Source: a virus. Taken from it: a DNA stretch of 64,000 nt. How positions within the stretch are numbered: position 1 is the stretch's first letter; each line of letters starts with the position of its first letter. The stretch lies in IMG/VR virus record IMGVR_UViG_3300050821_001948, positions 32,001 to 96,000 of that record; one strand, written 5' to 3'. The position numbers and the translations under genes are program-made. The notes under the pieces were generated by a model. The model saw nothing but the letters and a program-made list of their open reading frames with translations. It was not told where the DNA came from and searched no databases. Below, piece by piece: positions 1 through 11,880 of this stretch.

Positions 1-2363
1 CTGATCTGCGGAGATCCATGCTGATCGTGCCGTCTCGCGCATCACTTCATTCATAACAGATAATCACCTAGGGTTTGGGATTCTAGCCAGAATGTAAGGG
101 TCATAGTCTCGAAACCGCATCCATCAACCTCGAATTCTTCGATGCCGTAGTAACCATTAGTATCTACGAACATCTTTACTTGGGCGTTATCAGGGATGTT
201 CTTCAACGCTTCCTTGAGGTCACCAACAGTAAGCATTACTGGTTCCCTTCGAGGGCTTCTGCGGCCCGGAGTAATTTTCTTTTCATGAACTTGAACTTCT
301 TGGCATCAGCCGGATGCTTGGCTTTCTTGGCTAGCTTATCGTAGCATACTGCGGCTTCACGCATATAGGTGGATGCGCTGGAGGTTACTCCGGACATGCT
401 GTTCCGCAGGCTCCCATCAGATTCCACTCCAGCTAACTTCAACTTCTCCATGGATGGAGCAAATACCTTTGTAGTCATATCCAAGCTCGGGGCAAATTAG
501 ATAGCCACGTACTGTTGCGGAACTAATAAACCTTCCACACTTAGCACAATGCGTACTCGGGATACTCCAGATTTCAATGTTGGTGTATTCCCGCCCATCG
601 GAGAAATCTACATTCGCGGCCTCTCGAATCATTATTTACCACGCCATTTGCGTATTGGAATCGGACTCCACCCCTGACGGCGCTTAAGTATTAGTCTCTT
701 ATCGATTTTAATGGCGGTCTCAACATCGAGCCCAAGGTATTCCGTGGGAAGAACTGATGGTGGTAGACCTTGGTCCACTATCGCGGGCTCAACCGAGTGC
801 CCACATGGACCCCAGGTGGTACTACTCAACCCTGGGACTTCCAGAATAAGGCTTTCGGGTTCGATGGACTTCTCAATCACCACCATCTCAGCTTCATCCT
901 CATCTACCCTACGGTTTAATAGCTGGAGGATAATTGGAGGTGGCTCACTGATTACGTGAACACCGACATGCTTGTTGGATAGGGTGCAAAGATAGACGGT
1001 TCCGGAGAATGTACCCTTGTGGTAGAACTTACAGCCCTCACTCCATTCTTGCGGCCAGGTCTCTATGTAGTTGACACCGATCATACTTGGGGAAAAGACC
1101 CACACGGGTGCAAGGCTGGGCATTACTTCCAGCCATCCCAGAGGTAGTGGAGGATGTTATTCATTTCAGCCTCAAGAACATAGTGACCTACGGACAGACG
1201 GTCTGTGTACTTCATTGCCACTAGGTTCTGTACCGGACTGGGAATTTGGTAGACCTGGAGTGCTGATGGAACGATCGTGAATGTTCCACCCTTAGGGCCT
1301 TTGTGGAATAGCGCAATTAGCCCGAGCCCGTAAATATTAGATAGGGTGTCATCAAAATACATATCATGACTATACCCAGCGACCGCCCCCGGTGCTGGAC
1401 CCTTAGGGGCCTTTGGTAACTCCAAGGCGGGCGTATCCGAACTTGGGTGACCACCCTTGTGGTTAGACATCTTCCGCCATACTGTCTGGCAGGTCGTTCC
1501 CAACAGGAAGAATCCCATCGCGGAGTGTGTACAACACGGTTCCCTGAATGTGGTTACCTGTATCGACATAGGCAGTCAGGATTGCATCATACCCCAGCTC
1601 ATAGAACTTGTTCATGTCATCTTCGCACAGGCTGTGACGCGGGGCTTTCGCGCCTTGAATGTCGATGGTTCCGGTCAGCACATAGGTGCGGATAACATAC
1701 TTCTTCAGCTCAGCCATTATTTTCCCACGCCTTAATTTCTCTTTCCAGGACGTAACCATTGAAAGCCAACCATGCAATCCAGAACAGGGCTCCGAGAGTA
1801 GTTGTTGATGTCTTGATGAGGTACAGATCAAACACGATGGAAATCAGGATGATAATGATCCAGAAGAGGTGCTTCATCTACCACTCAACGGGTGCTAGTT
1901 CGGAATGGTCATTGAGACCAACTTCAACGGTGTTCCTAGGAGACTCTTTAACGCCGGTCTGAATATTTTCCCACACTAACGGGAAGGGCTTCAAGGTCCG
2001 GATGCGGCCACCAGCGGTCAGCCAGACTGCTAATTCACAATCGTCAGGTACGTTGATAATGGTGCGTAGGGTATCAAAGTCACCCCCAAGATCTTGTCGG
2101 GCACCCTCAACCAGTTCAGTGATATCAACTACGCTCATTCTTACCACTCATCAACCTCAATGATGTCGACATCACCGATGAGATCAGCGAAACCGTCAAT
2201 TCTTTCCAGGCGGTGGATTCCGCACCAGACACTCATTCTTGCTGCGTCTACCGCGTTACGGTGGTAGTCGCCTTCATAGATTTCAGGGTTACTCTTTCCC
2301 TTCACGCGACAGATGACCCGGAGTTCAACTTCCTCATCCCACTCGATGGGCTCCAACGAGCCT

Positions 2364-2732
2364 CTATCTTCCTCGGACATAGGAGATTTTCCCTTCAAGG
2401 CAGTCGTTCGCCCCAGCTACAGCGACACCCCAGGTTTCTCCCCGGTCTTGCAATACTTGAACGTTAGCTGCCCAAGTAAGCGCATCCTCCTCTATGTCAA
2501 CCACACCTCTAATCGATAGGGTTGAGATGGAGTTACGGTTGTGGTTCAATAACGTATCCCAAGAGACACCTAGATCAATGAGTGCGTAACCAATAAGACA
2601 TGACGGTTGATCGGCACTGTTAAGGTACGTGCAACGCTTTAAATCATCACCCACGTAAACGTAGTCAGCACCCTTTAGTCTAATTGCCCTGTTGACGGCA
2701 TCACGGATATTTGCGAGCGTAATCTTAGCCAT
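2364..2732 (-). CDS. Hypothetical protein, paralog of 20290..20646
   Basis: Shares C.Y...DQPSCLIG.AL..LG.S and Q..QD.G..WG motifs with 20290..20646; ATG overlaps upstream stop. Confidence 0.75.
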   Translation of the reverse strand: MAKITLANIRDAVNRAIRLKGADYVYVGDDLKRCTYLNSADQPSCLIGYALIDLGVSWDTLLNHNRNSISTLSIRGVVDIEEDALTWAANVQVLQDRGETWGVAVAGANDCLEGKISYVRGR

Positions 2733-3512
2733 TGTGCGCCGCCACGAACTCGGGGTATGAGAGCGTGCTGTACCAGCTATCGCGGTCAGTCTCAAGACCT
2801 TCGGGGGCGAAGGAAACTTCTTCCTTCCCTAGGTCAATTACTGCAACTGGATTAACTTCTGGTCCAGGCGCGTCATCAAGATTAAATGCTTTGAGTACAC
2901 TAGTAACCAAAGCCTGTGCGGTATCAGTCCACCAGTCAACATCCAGCGGGCCAAGGAAGCTACCCGGAAGGCCCCACGGATCAGGGCGAAGATAGAAACC
3001 TGCGGCACCTACAATCTCGGCCACATCTTCAGCCTGTGGGTATACTAGGAAGAACTTGCTTACATCGGTGATTTTACTCAGCGCCTTTCAGTCGGTGGTG
3101 GTTGGTACTATTGGACCGAAGTTGATTCCGGTTACACCATCCCACACTTTGCCAGTATAGGGAAGTCGGACAACGAAAAGTCCTAGGGTAATCCAGCGGT
3201 AGGTTCCATCAGTTCGGCGCCTCAACTCACGCTTCGCGGCGCCCTTGGTCCAGTATTCACCCCGGATGCCGACGAATGGCTCGGTTGTTTCTAGAATACC
3301 CCAGCGTTTCATTCGGGATCGAATGTTCGGGGGCCGCGTGATTCAGGTGGACCGACTTCTTTGAACCAGGACTCAGTACCATCCCAGTATTCAACGTCTT
3401 TACCGGAGAGGATGTTGTAGTATTCGCGCTCGAACAGGAACATTCTGATGGTGTAGTACCATCCGCGAATCCAGGCTCGAAATTTCCCCATACAGGCAAA
3501 CTTACCAGAAGC

Positions 3513-4031
3513 CTACGGCAGTGTCAAGGGTGGCCCGCTGGTTACCTGACACAATAATGGGACTAGACAAAGATTTAACGGCGGCGAAACCTGCGGAAGC
3601 GGAACGGGTGTAGGCAACGGCAGGGGAGCGAGCACTCGGTTAGGTAGAGGGATTGGCTGGGGTACTGGGAATGGGATCGGCACAGGAGTTGGCACGAAAA
3701 CAGGTGCGGGGATTGATACACCCACGGGTGGTGTTTGCACTGGAACGGGTAATGTAACTGGAGGTCTAATACCTGTTGGTAGCGTTGGCTTAGGCGCCAC
3801 AGGGGATGTCTTCGGCGTACCAGCTCCCACCTTCGGCGCAACTTTCAGGGCAGTGGTTGGTGCAGGTTGAATCACCGGCTTGGGCACGGGATGAAAGATT
3901 CTCTTTGCCGGTCCCTTGTTGAATAGACCAGCAACACCCGTTACTAGAATGAGTGCGAGCACGAAAGCATTTCCGGCCGCAAGAAAAATGACCAGGGCCT
4001 TCTTCGGCTTTGACAAGTTCGCGTATTCCAT
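3513..4031 (-). CDS. Proline-rich membrane-anchored protein
   Basis: N-terminal TM segment, long PV/PT-rich tail, AGGAGG RBS, TAAA-N15-TCCGATAA upstream. Confidence 0.75.
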   Translation of the reverse strand: MEYANLSKPKKALVIFLAAGNAFVLALILVTGVAGLFNKGPAKRIFHPVPKPVIQPAPTTALKVAPKVGAGTPKTSPVAPKPTLPTGIRPPVTLPVPVQTPPVGVSIPAPVFVPTPVPIPFPVPQPIPLPNRVLAPLPLPTPVPLPQVSPPLNLCLVPLLCQVTSGPPLTLP

Positions 4032-4094
4032 GAGTCCACCCCTCCTTAGGGTCTTTGTACCCTATTTATCGGAGTGGATCTAGGTCGATTTAAC

Positions 4095-4292
4095 TCAGTC
4101 GCCCATCGCGTAGTAGACGGCACACATAACGGTGAGGATGATGACGTAGAACGGCCAGCCTAGAATCAGGCTGATTGTCTGCGGATACGAGGCGCCCCCA
4201 TTAGGGCTTGACGTCTTGTTGAAGTACCGACCGAAGAACACTCCAACGGTTAGATACCCAATACCCCCGAGGGTAATCCAAAGCCATGTCAT
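4095..4292 (-). CDS. Small two-TM membrane protein
   Basis: GYL..G..F.R and WP motifs shared with adjacent 4289..4498. Confidence 0.7.
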   Translation of the reverse strand: MTWLWITLGGIGYLTVGVFFGRYFNKTSSPNGGASYPQTISLILGWPFYVIILTVMCAVYYAMGD

Positions 4293-4498
4293 ACTTTGAC
4301 CCCAGCGTAGGCGAGTGCTGAAATAACGAGGGCGTACACCAACCAGAGCGGCCAGAAAATAATTGTGCTAACAGTGTTCCAGGCTCCAGCTTCATGGTCC
4401 GGATTCAGCTCTTTACTACAACTGTAAACGCTGCGCGCGAAGATGGTTCCGAGGGAGAGGTAGCCGATGACTGCGAGGAAAATCCAGACTGCTAGCAC
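4289..4498 (-). CDS. Small two-TM membrane protein (tandem paralog)
   Basis: Same motif pattern as 4095..4292; ATGA overlap. Confidence 0.7.
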   Translation of the reverse strand: MLAVWIFLAVIGYLSLGTIFARSVYSCSKELNPDHEAGAWNTVSTIIFWPLWLVYALVISALAYAGVKV

Positions 4499-4991
4499 TT
4501 ATGGTCTCCAATGTAGGGGTCGAACGTGTTTGCGAATTCTTCTCTAGCTATCTGATATTCCCAGGAGCGGAAAACGCTCGCCGCGCATTCAGCGACAAGC
4601 TCTCCAGCAGAAAGCTCTACGCGCTCCTTGATGGGTTCGGAGTCAATAGCCACACCATCTTCTTCATGGTATGTATACATCCCCAAATCATCCAGAACAG
4701 GTACCCATCTTATGTAATCCTTACTTACCTGCTGATTTCTTTGAACAACAATCTCTTTCTGACGTCCAAACCTACCACTAACTGTCCGGTGGATAGACAC
4801 GTGAAAGAAGGCTTCTTTGTCACCAATGAAGTTATTTATGTAGCGCTTCTCCACCCGGTAGAAATATCCTTCAGGCAATGGCGGTGCACCGAGTGCTATT
4901 AGTTCAGCGTGTGTCACGGGAACAATTCTTCTTTTCTGTGGGTGGGGAAAAGCGTGCACAGGGAAAAAACTTTTCGGAGATTCCAGGATCG

Positions 4992-5038
4992 AGTTGATCT
5001 TGATCTAGACGGGCTTTTCTGCTAGATCTTGATCAACT
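4992..5038. repeat. GATC-rich inverted repeat in an intergenic gap
   Basis: AGTTGATCTTGATCTAG-N13-CTAGATCTTGATCAACT, 15/17 complementary. Confidence 0.6.
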
Positions 5039-5453
5039 TGGGGCGACCTTTCTTGCTCACTAAACTGGGGTAGCATGGTTTTCTGCCTCTTTTTCGACTC
5101 TATCAACAATAGTGAGGTCGTGGACCCAGAGTCCCACAGGAGGGAACAGTACCAGAAGTGGGTGTGCCGCGCAATTGTGGATAACCCACTTCAGCCAGTT
5201 CCTCATGACTTAATTCCAAGAAGCGCGTTCGTGATTGACCAGTGCGGCCGGTAGGTGACATCAGCTTTTAGGAAGGCTAGACCGTCTGCGCCGAACGTTT
5301 CCACGGAAGGACGAGTGCTTATTTGCACATCACTAATGATGTCTTCAGCGGGAATGTCAAGCTTAATGTAGTCTTTGATGTACTGAACTGTTTTCGCCAG
5401 CAATTCGGGGTAGTTATTACCGGATACTTCGAATACGAATAGGCTGCTATTTA

Positions 5454-5813
5454 TCATTTGTAGAGCGCTAACGGCAAGTCAGTAAAGATACGGTCGAATT
5501 CAATAATGAAGCTGGTGATATGCGGTGGAATTGGAATAGTGCAGTCGGCAGGGTTGCTGGGACTATCGCTTGGTTTACCCATTTCGACAATATTGGTTAG
5601 AACCATAACCTTCTCCCCTGTGGTGGTTTCCAAATATTGTGCCACGGGACAATGGGTCGGTGATTTGCGTACTCCCTGGATTCCTAGAGAAAGGAAGTAT
5701 TCAGAGATCGCTGGAATAGTTTTTGGTAGAGCTTCTAGGGCGGCTACTACCTTCTCTTCGGGTGTCACGGGTTCTGGCTTCTTACCAAACAGCTTCTTGA
5801 TGGCCTTAATCAT
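5454..5813 (-). CDS. Hypothetical protein, CP(V/I)A.YL paralog family
   Basis: G..G...P..CPVA.YL...G..V and FI..FD motifs shared with 13684..14034 and 21576..21881. Confidence 0.75.
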   Translation of the reverse strand: MIKAIKKLFGKKPEPVTPEEKVVAALEALPKTIPAISEYFLSLGIQGVRKSPTHCPVAQYLETTTGEKVMVLTNIVEMGKPSDSPSNPADCTIPIPPHITSFIIEFDRIFTDLPLALYK

Positions 5814-8800
5814 GAAACAATCTCCTGGCCCTGGGGAAAGTCGGGGAGTCTAGAAAAAGCTGAAACGAGAATGTCCACGCGGTGATCTAGCGCATGAAGA
5901 TCGGTGAGTTCCCAGCCTTCAATACTCTCTCGGCGCGAAGCCTTGTAGTCCACACCAGTTTTGGCAAATTCCCACTTTTCGAAGGCTTCCCTGGTGACAC
6001 TGAATAGGCCCTGGACGATTTTAGTGTTATTCGCGGCGCCAAGGAGAACCTGATCAGCATTCAGTGCGTTGAAGACAATGTTCCGCACGAATACCCGCTG
6101 CACCTCAGTGGGAACGTCTAAGTAGTTCACTTGCCACCATCCAGGAGGGAATAGAGATCTTTTGCCATACCCTCATAGAACTTGAGGAGTTCCGGGTCTT
6201 TGACAATAACATGGGTAGTGAATATAATCCAGCGCTAGAGCCTGTGAACGAATACCATCCTGCAACCTTTTCAGTTCAGCTTCGGCTTTGAGAGCGCGGC
6301 GATCCATGTAATCGAGAGGGACTGCGGCTATTTCTGGCTTATCGCGGGGCTCATGAGGACAGTCTTCCTGATGGGTTCCAAATACGAATAGGTCGCAACC
6401 GTTTTCACATTCGCCACTCGTAAACCAGCTCATTCTTCTATTCCCCAAACGTCGATGGCTAGTGCTGCGGCCTTATCCCAGTCCCACTCAACGGTCTTCA
6501 TGTTGGTCAGCGGGGAGGTTACTGTGTGCGTCGGTGATTCACCATCGGCCCAGCCAATAACCAGGGACGGCCAAAGATCTCCGAGCATGGTGACAACTTC
6601 GAATGTAGCATACTTCGCCCAACCTTCGCTATCTGTTGCGCCGGGTGAAAATCTTCCGGTGGGTTCACTTTTACCCCAGAGGCGCCGGATGCGGGAGTTT
6701 TCCTGGTCCAGCTCATAGGTGGAGTTCTGCGTCTCAAAAATGATCATCCCGTATCCTCCACGTCATCATTAACCTCTTGGGCCACCGCAATAAATTCTTC
6801 ACAGGCGTTTTGTAGTTCAGCGCGGCACCAGTCCACAAACGAGTAGCCTTGAACAGCAGCTCCGCTGTCACTGTCATAAGCCATCACCGCGAAGGTGCCA
6901 GCTAACATCACTAAGAGTTCCTGTACTCGGAATAGGGCCAGTATGTCTTTGGCTTCCTCCATGTTCGCCACAGCGATTGCGGATTCACGAAGAAAGTCGT
7001 CGGTTCGTTCTTGTGCACCGGCTTTAATAGCTAGTCCACCACGGGCGATCAGCTCGAAGAGTAGTTCAAGGATGGCTATTTCTTCCTCAGGGAACCTGTT
7101 AGCCATTAGAACGGACTTCCCGTCTCGGGGGTTGCGAATTCCTTGCTAAGTTCTTGCCACTGCTTGAATCTCTTATCGCGCTCCCCGGAACGGTACTTCT
7201 CACTATCATCAAGCATTTTCTGAATAGCGTCCTTACGCCTCTGAAGAGCTGCATCGAAGTCGGTTAGCCAGAGAGTTTCTAGGAATTCTTCATAACCTTC
7301 GTGGTCGGTAAAATAGAGTTCCCCATCCAAATGGTACTCATAATTCTCAGGACGGAATGTTCTATTAGCCCTAGGAGACCCAAAACCCCTAGGGGTGGGA
7401 AATGGGTTCGCCAGGATTGCCTCGTTTATTCCAAGAAGGCGTTCTTCAACATATGCTTTGATAGTCCGCTGAGCATCATCAACAAGCGCAATGAAATCCT
7501 TGGCATCAAGATTCAGGCTCTTAGGCATAGTATACTTCCAACTCCCCAGTCTCATAGTTTTCCCTGAGGTTAGTGTACACCACAATTTCGCCAAACTGAA
7601 CCCCCAACGCCGCGACCGGAAGAATTTTCCGGACAGTCGCCAATAGGTCATCTAGGGTTTTGATAGCTTGAGTCTCTTCTTTGACGTAGGCAGTATGCCA
7701 GGCTTTTGCCACCACGGCGGCGGCTGGATGGGTCATATGCGGCCCATCATGCCCTTTTGGTAGCAGGTCACAGTAGGTGTGGGAATAGCGGTCACCGGGA
7801 CCGTAGTCAACAACCTCACCACACGTTCGTAAGGTCATGACGCTGGCCAGAACATTGCTTGAATCTGCTCAGCGTTAATAGCAGGAGTGGGCTCCCAGTA
7901 TTCCATTTGAGCCCGCAGGCGTGCTAGCTCATTCTCGGCCAGTACGGCTCGGTTCTTCCAGGCGGCTCCTTCATCATCCACTTGTCGCAGTAGACTCTCT
8001 TGAGAGAGGAAAGTGACGATGCGCTTGTCGAGGCTCGTATCTTCTTCCCGGACAATATCCATGGAAGCTCTAGCCCGATGAACACAGTTCTCGGCTAGAT
8101 CCTGAATTGAACGGCTCACAGTTCCGTCTCTAAACTGTCCATTGCAGCGAGCGCCAAACGGGCATTCTGGATGCAGAGTTGGAGCGCGTAACGAGCGGCC
8201 TGTTCCGTGGCTCCGTTCACAGCAAACTCAGCGGCATCTCGAAACGCCGGAAGACCCATCGTCGGCTGCTGGATGTAGTTCAGGTGCACGCGAACTTTGG
8301 CCAACATGGCTTGCAGTCTGTCCAGTTGATCCATCGCTTCATTCGCAAGCTGTGCCTCGGCATCTGCCGCGAGCTTGAGGATGTAGTTATCGTCACCCCT
8401 CAGGAGACCGGCTTTACCGAGTGCCCCGACAATCTTCCGGCTATCGAGATACCAGCCACGCGATGGCTCGCCGCGCTCTCCATAGAGGGCCTGTGCTGCG
8501 ACTTCATAAGCTTGGTCCATAACTTCATCCTGGGTCATGAAACCTCCTCGTCTAGCCAGCGGTAGAAACGGTTGTTATGTGCGCGGAACCAAAGTAACTG
8601 GGCCTGTTCACCGATAAATCGGATCGGCCATACCGCCTTTTCCCGGTACAGGTTTCCCACCGGCTCAGTCCAGTCAAATGCGAGGCACCACAGGAAGCGT
8701 AGCACACGGCGAGTTCTGGTTTTCGCGGGCCAAGTATTGAGTTTCCACCATGGCGTTTCATGACATTCGTCTGATTCACAGAACTCACAGTACTTGTCGT

Positions 8801-10702
8801 TCACGAGATTATCCAGTCTTCGATAGCGTAAGTGAGGCTACCCTTATCCTCGCGCGGTATAGGGTGCCGTGCCACCCATTCCTCAGCGGCTTCCATTGAG
8901 TGGAAAACCTCTACTATTTCACTACCTTCGAAGTGGCGCTCTAGGGTAAGAACCCAAACACTATGTCCGATAAAGTCTTCGTTAGCCACGGAATTCATCC
9001 TCCATCCAAATGCTGGGATCTTTCTTGCACTCTGTGCAGAAGCCAATGAACTTGTACGGATTAGCGGCTACTTGTTGAACCTGTGCTGGCGTCAGGTCTC
9101 GCTTTATGGTTTCCCCGCAACCTTGACATCCCAGCCAATCAGTTTCTTGCATCAAATTCCTCGTAGATATATCCATCGTTCACAACTTCGATCTTCGGGC
9201 GCACCCGATACTTGCCGATCCTCGGGGGCGCACCTAGATTCATGAAGTAGTCGTCTACCTCGCAATGCAACAGTTCTTTTCCTAAGCGCTCATGCAATGG
9301 GTGCTGCATGTTGTAGTTCTCTTCGTGGAAGTTCACGATATGATATTCCTCGAAACAACCAAGGTCTTCGAGGATGTCGCAAAGCTCGTTGATGTAATGT
9401 GCGCCCTCTCGGCATTGGTTCGCGTAGTTGCGCGCCCTAATAACGGCACCTACGATATCGTGACTCATGACTTCACCTTGTTACGAATCTCCACTAGCAG
9501 GGGCGACAGAATGTAGAAGGTTCCCTGAATGGGCCACAGGACTATACAGACGACAGCCTGCCACCAGACGGGATTTGAGTTATAGCGGTTGAAGTGACTC
9601 CACATGAGGAACCAGATGATGCCAATAAGCAGGTAGGTGAACGCGATCCAGCCGCTCATGATATTTCCTAACTGTAATAGCCGAGCCGCCCGTGGGACGA
9701 AGGAGAGGAACAACCACGGGCGGCTCGACAGTCTGTGGGTGCTAGTACGTTTCCACGTACATCGAACAGTGACAACCTACTCCAGGATGGCCGCAGGTGC
9801 AATGGCTCCGGAGAACTTTCTTGGGGCGCGGAACTTCTTCCACCTTAGGCGGAACGTAGTTTCTTACCTCTTCCAGGTACTGGATTTGGTCAGCCGCCCA
9901 GAAACAGTCATCCCGAAATCCATCATTCAGCGGGAACTTGAAGCCAATGTCATACAAGTCAGACTCGGTTAGCTCCAGGATGATCTCGTACTTTCCGTTA
10001 CCGCAATGCTTTCCGACCTTAATCATCTGTAGTCCATATGAACTTCTCCATAATGGACCAGCACTTCGGGGTCATGAAATCAGAATCTTCAATCAGATCG
10101 GCCACAAGAAGTAGCCCGATGAACGTGCAGGCAATGAGGATAATCAACAAGAACCGTAGAAGGAATTCTATGAATCCGAAGAAAAGGAGGGAGAGCGCGA
10201 ATGGGTACTTCACAGGTCAATCCGATGCATAAGCTCAATGAATCCCATGACCGCACCAATAGCAAACAGTACTCCACCAGTTCCGGCTACACGGGTTACC
10301 GTATCATGCCCATGGGTCCAGATGGCGGCGAGGAAAAACACAAACCCTACAGATACCAGAATAGCACTAACGGCCAACCGTATGTCTCCAGCCTTCATTT
10401 CACTCCTCATGCTTTCAGTTCCCCTGTTCTAACAGCCAAATCCGACCAAACCTCCATAACATTCCCGAGCATCACTCGGCTAGCATCAGGGAGTTCTAGC
10501 ATCCCGATGGACATCATTAGCATGAGCGTCCAGCAGACCTGTTCGGCCGCATCGCGTCGCTTGGCGGCATTCGTCTTTGCCATTTCTCCCCTTTAAAAGT
10601 TTGTGGAGCAGTTTGAATCTCATGCTCAGGAGGTATCACTGGGCGACCTTCTTGGAGGTGTTAGCGATCACGGAGAAGCCCAGTGAAAACTTATCTCACT
10701 TC

Positions 10703-11221
10703 TCACTTCTTGTCAAGGGTGCGACACGTTTGACATCTAGGCAGGTGAGGCGTCCTCAAGGACTGGACAAAGATCCGGCTCTCGTGACCGCAGGGTAGTA
10801 TGACGTTTTGCTGTGGCCCGGTTTGCCCTGGAAGGATTATTACTCCCCGACTTTTCGCCACTGACTTTATGGCAGCTCCTCGCGTTTCGACTATACAGAT
10901 CTTACATTGCGGCTTCCTGCCTTGACGTAAGGTCTGTGACCATACCTTCTGCGCGTGTCCACACTCAAGGGTTGCTTCACCTGTCACGTTTCCATCGTCA
11001 GAGTTGTATCGGAAGCCATATTTTGATTCCAGATCGCCCCGTTCGCACCCCAGGCATCTATTTTTGAGGATGTAATATGGATTCTTGACTGCAAGGTGTT
11101 CACACAAGTGGAGTTTTACGGCTTCGAGGAGATTACCAGGGATCGGCTGTCCGTTTATTCTGGCTTCGTAGAGTCGGTACCGGGCTATTCGTAGGGCGTC
11201 ATCTAGGGCTATATTACTCAT
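10703..11221 (-). CDS. Zinc-ribbon protein
   Basis: Repeated CGH...CxxC motifs; N-terminus similar to 11218..11880. Confidence 0.7.
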   Translation of the reverse strand: MSNIALDDALRIARYRLYEARINGQPIPGNLLEAVKLHLCEHLAVKNPYYILKNRCLGCERGDLESKYGFRYNSDDGNVTGEATLECGHAQKVWSQTLRQGRKPQCKICIVETRGAAIKSVAKSRGVIILPGQTGPQQNVILPCGHESRIFVQSLRTPHLPRCQTCRTLDKK

Positions 11222-11880
11222 ACAGAATTCCTGAACCCCACGACTCCCTTTGCGCGATTGTTGTTTCGTATTTCTCTACGCCGCTTATTGAAGGTGCTAC
11301 GAGAGCATTTTTTACATTCCCCAGATCTAATGGTAACTTTTTCGCGCGGGATTCCGCAACTTATACAACAAACCGAGCATCTATAATTCCTAGTAGATCC
11401 AGGAGGTGGTGGCGCGCAGAATATTTCATGGCCACATTCATATAAGTAAACCATTTTAGTGGACATATTCTTGAATTTTTGCCCTGGGGCTAGCCGTAAT
11501 TGGAATTGTGAAAAGACCCTATCTGTTGCTTTTTCAAGAGAGTCTTCTTTTCGACAAGTAGTACAGTAAGGAATCTTCCTAGAATTCCCATAATAGAAAT
11601 TTGATATTGTATACCTACCAACATGACCATTTGGACAGGTTGCTGTTAATATTTCACGGGTGTCATCGGGAATTCCAGAATGTGTAAAATTACCAAGCTT
11701 CAGGAGGGAATCAAGATCCTCTTTCCAGGACTTTTCTTTTAAAAAACCAGGGACATGTAGTCTAATTGCCTCAATCATCGCTTCACTAGGCTCTAGCCCA
11801 GCTTTAATAGCTGCCCTAACCCGCGCTTGCGCGGCCCAAATGACTTGATTCTTTGTTTGATTTTTATTTGGAGGCCGCAT
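11218..11880 (-). CDS. Zinc-ribbon protein, AT-rich
   Basis: CPNGH, CTTC, CGH and CxxC motifs; overlaps the helicase stop. Confidence 0.7.
   Translation of the reverse strand: MRPPNKNQTKNQVIWAAQARVRAAIKAGLEPSEAMIEAIRLHVPGFLKEKSWKEDLDSLLKLGNFTHSGIPDDTREILTATCPNGHVGRYTISNFYYGNSRKIPYCTTCRKEDSLEKATDRVFSQFQLRLAPGQKFKNMSTKMVYLYECGHEIFCAPPPPGSTRNYRCSVCCISCGIPREKVTIRSGECKKCSRSTFNKRRREIRNNNRAKGVVGFRNSV

Larger units (their letters stand above)
51..10580 (-). other. Array of small, tightly packed leftward hypothetical genes (phage accessory/early arm)
   Basis: Many 60-180 aa minus-strand ORFs abut with ATGA/TAATG overlaps (e.g. 51..236, 236..484, 632..1123, 3088..3312, 5203..5457, 5810..6130, 6430..6747, 6744..7106, 7835..8119, 8116..8538, 9139..9468); no recognisable catalytic motifs. 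Confidence 0.8.
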
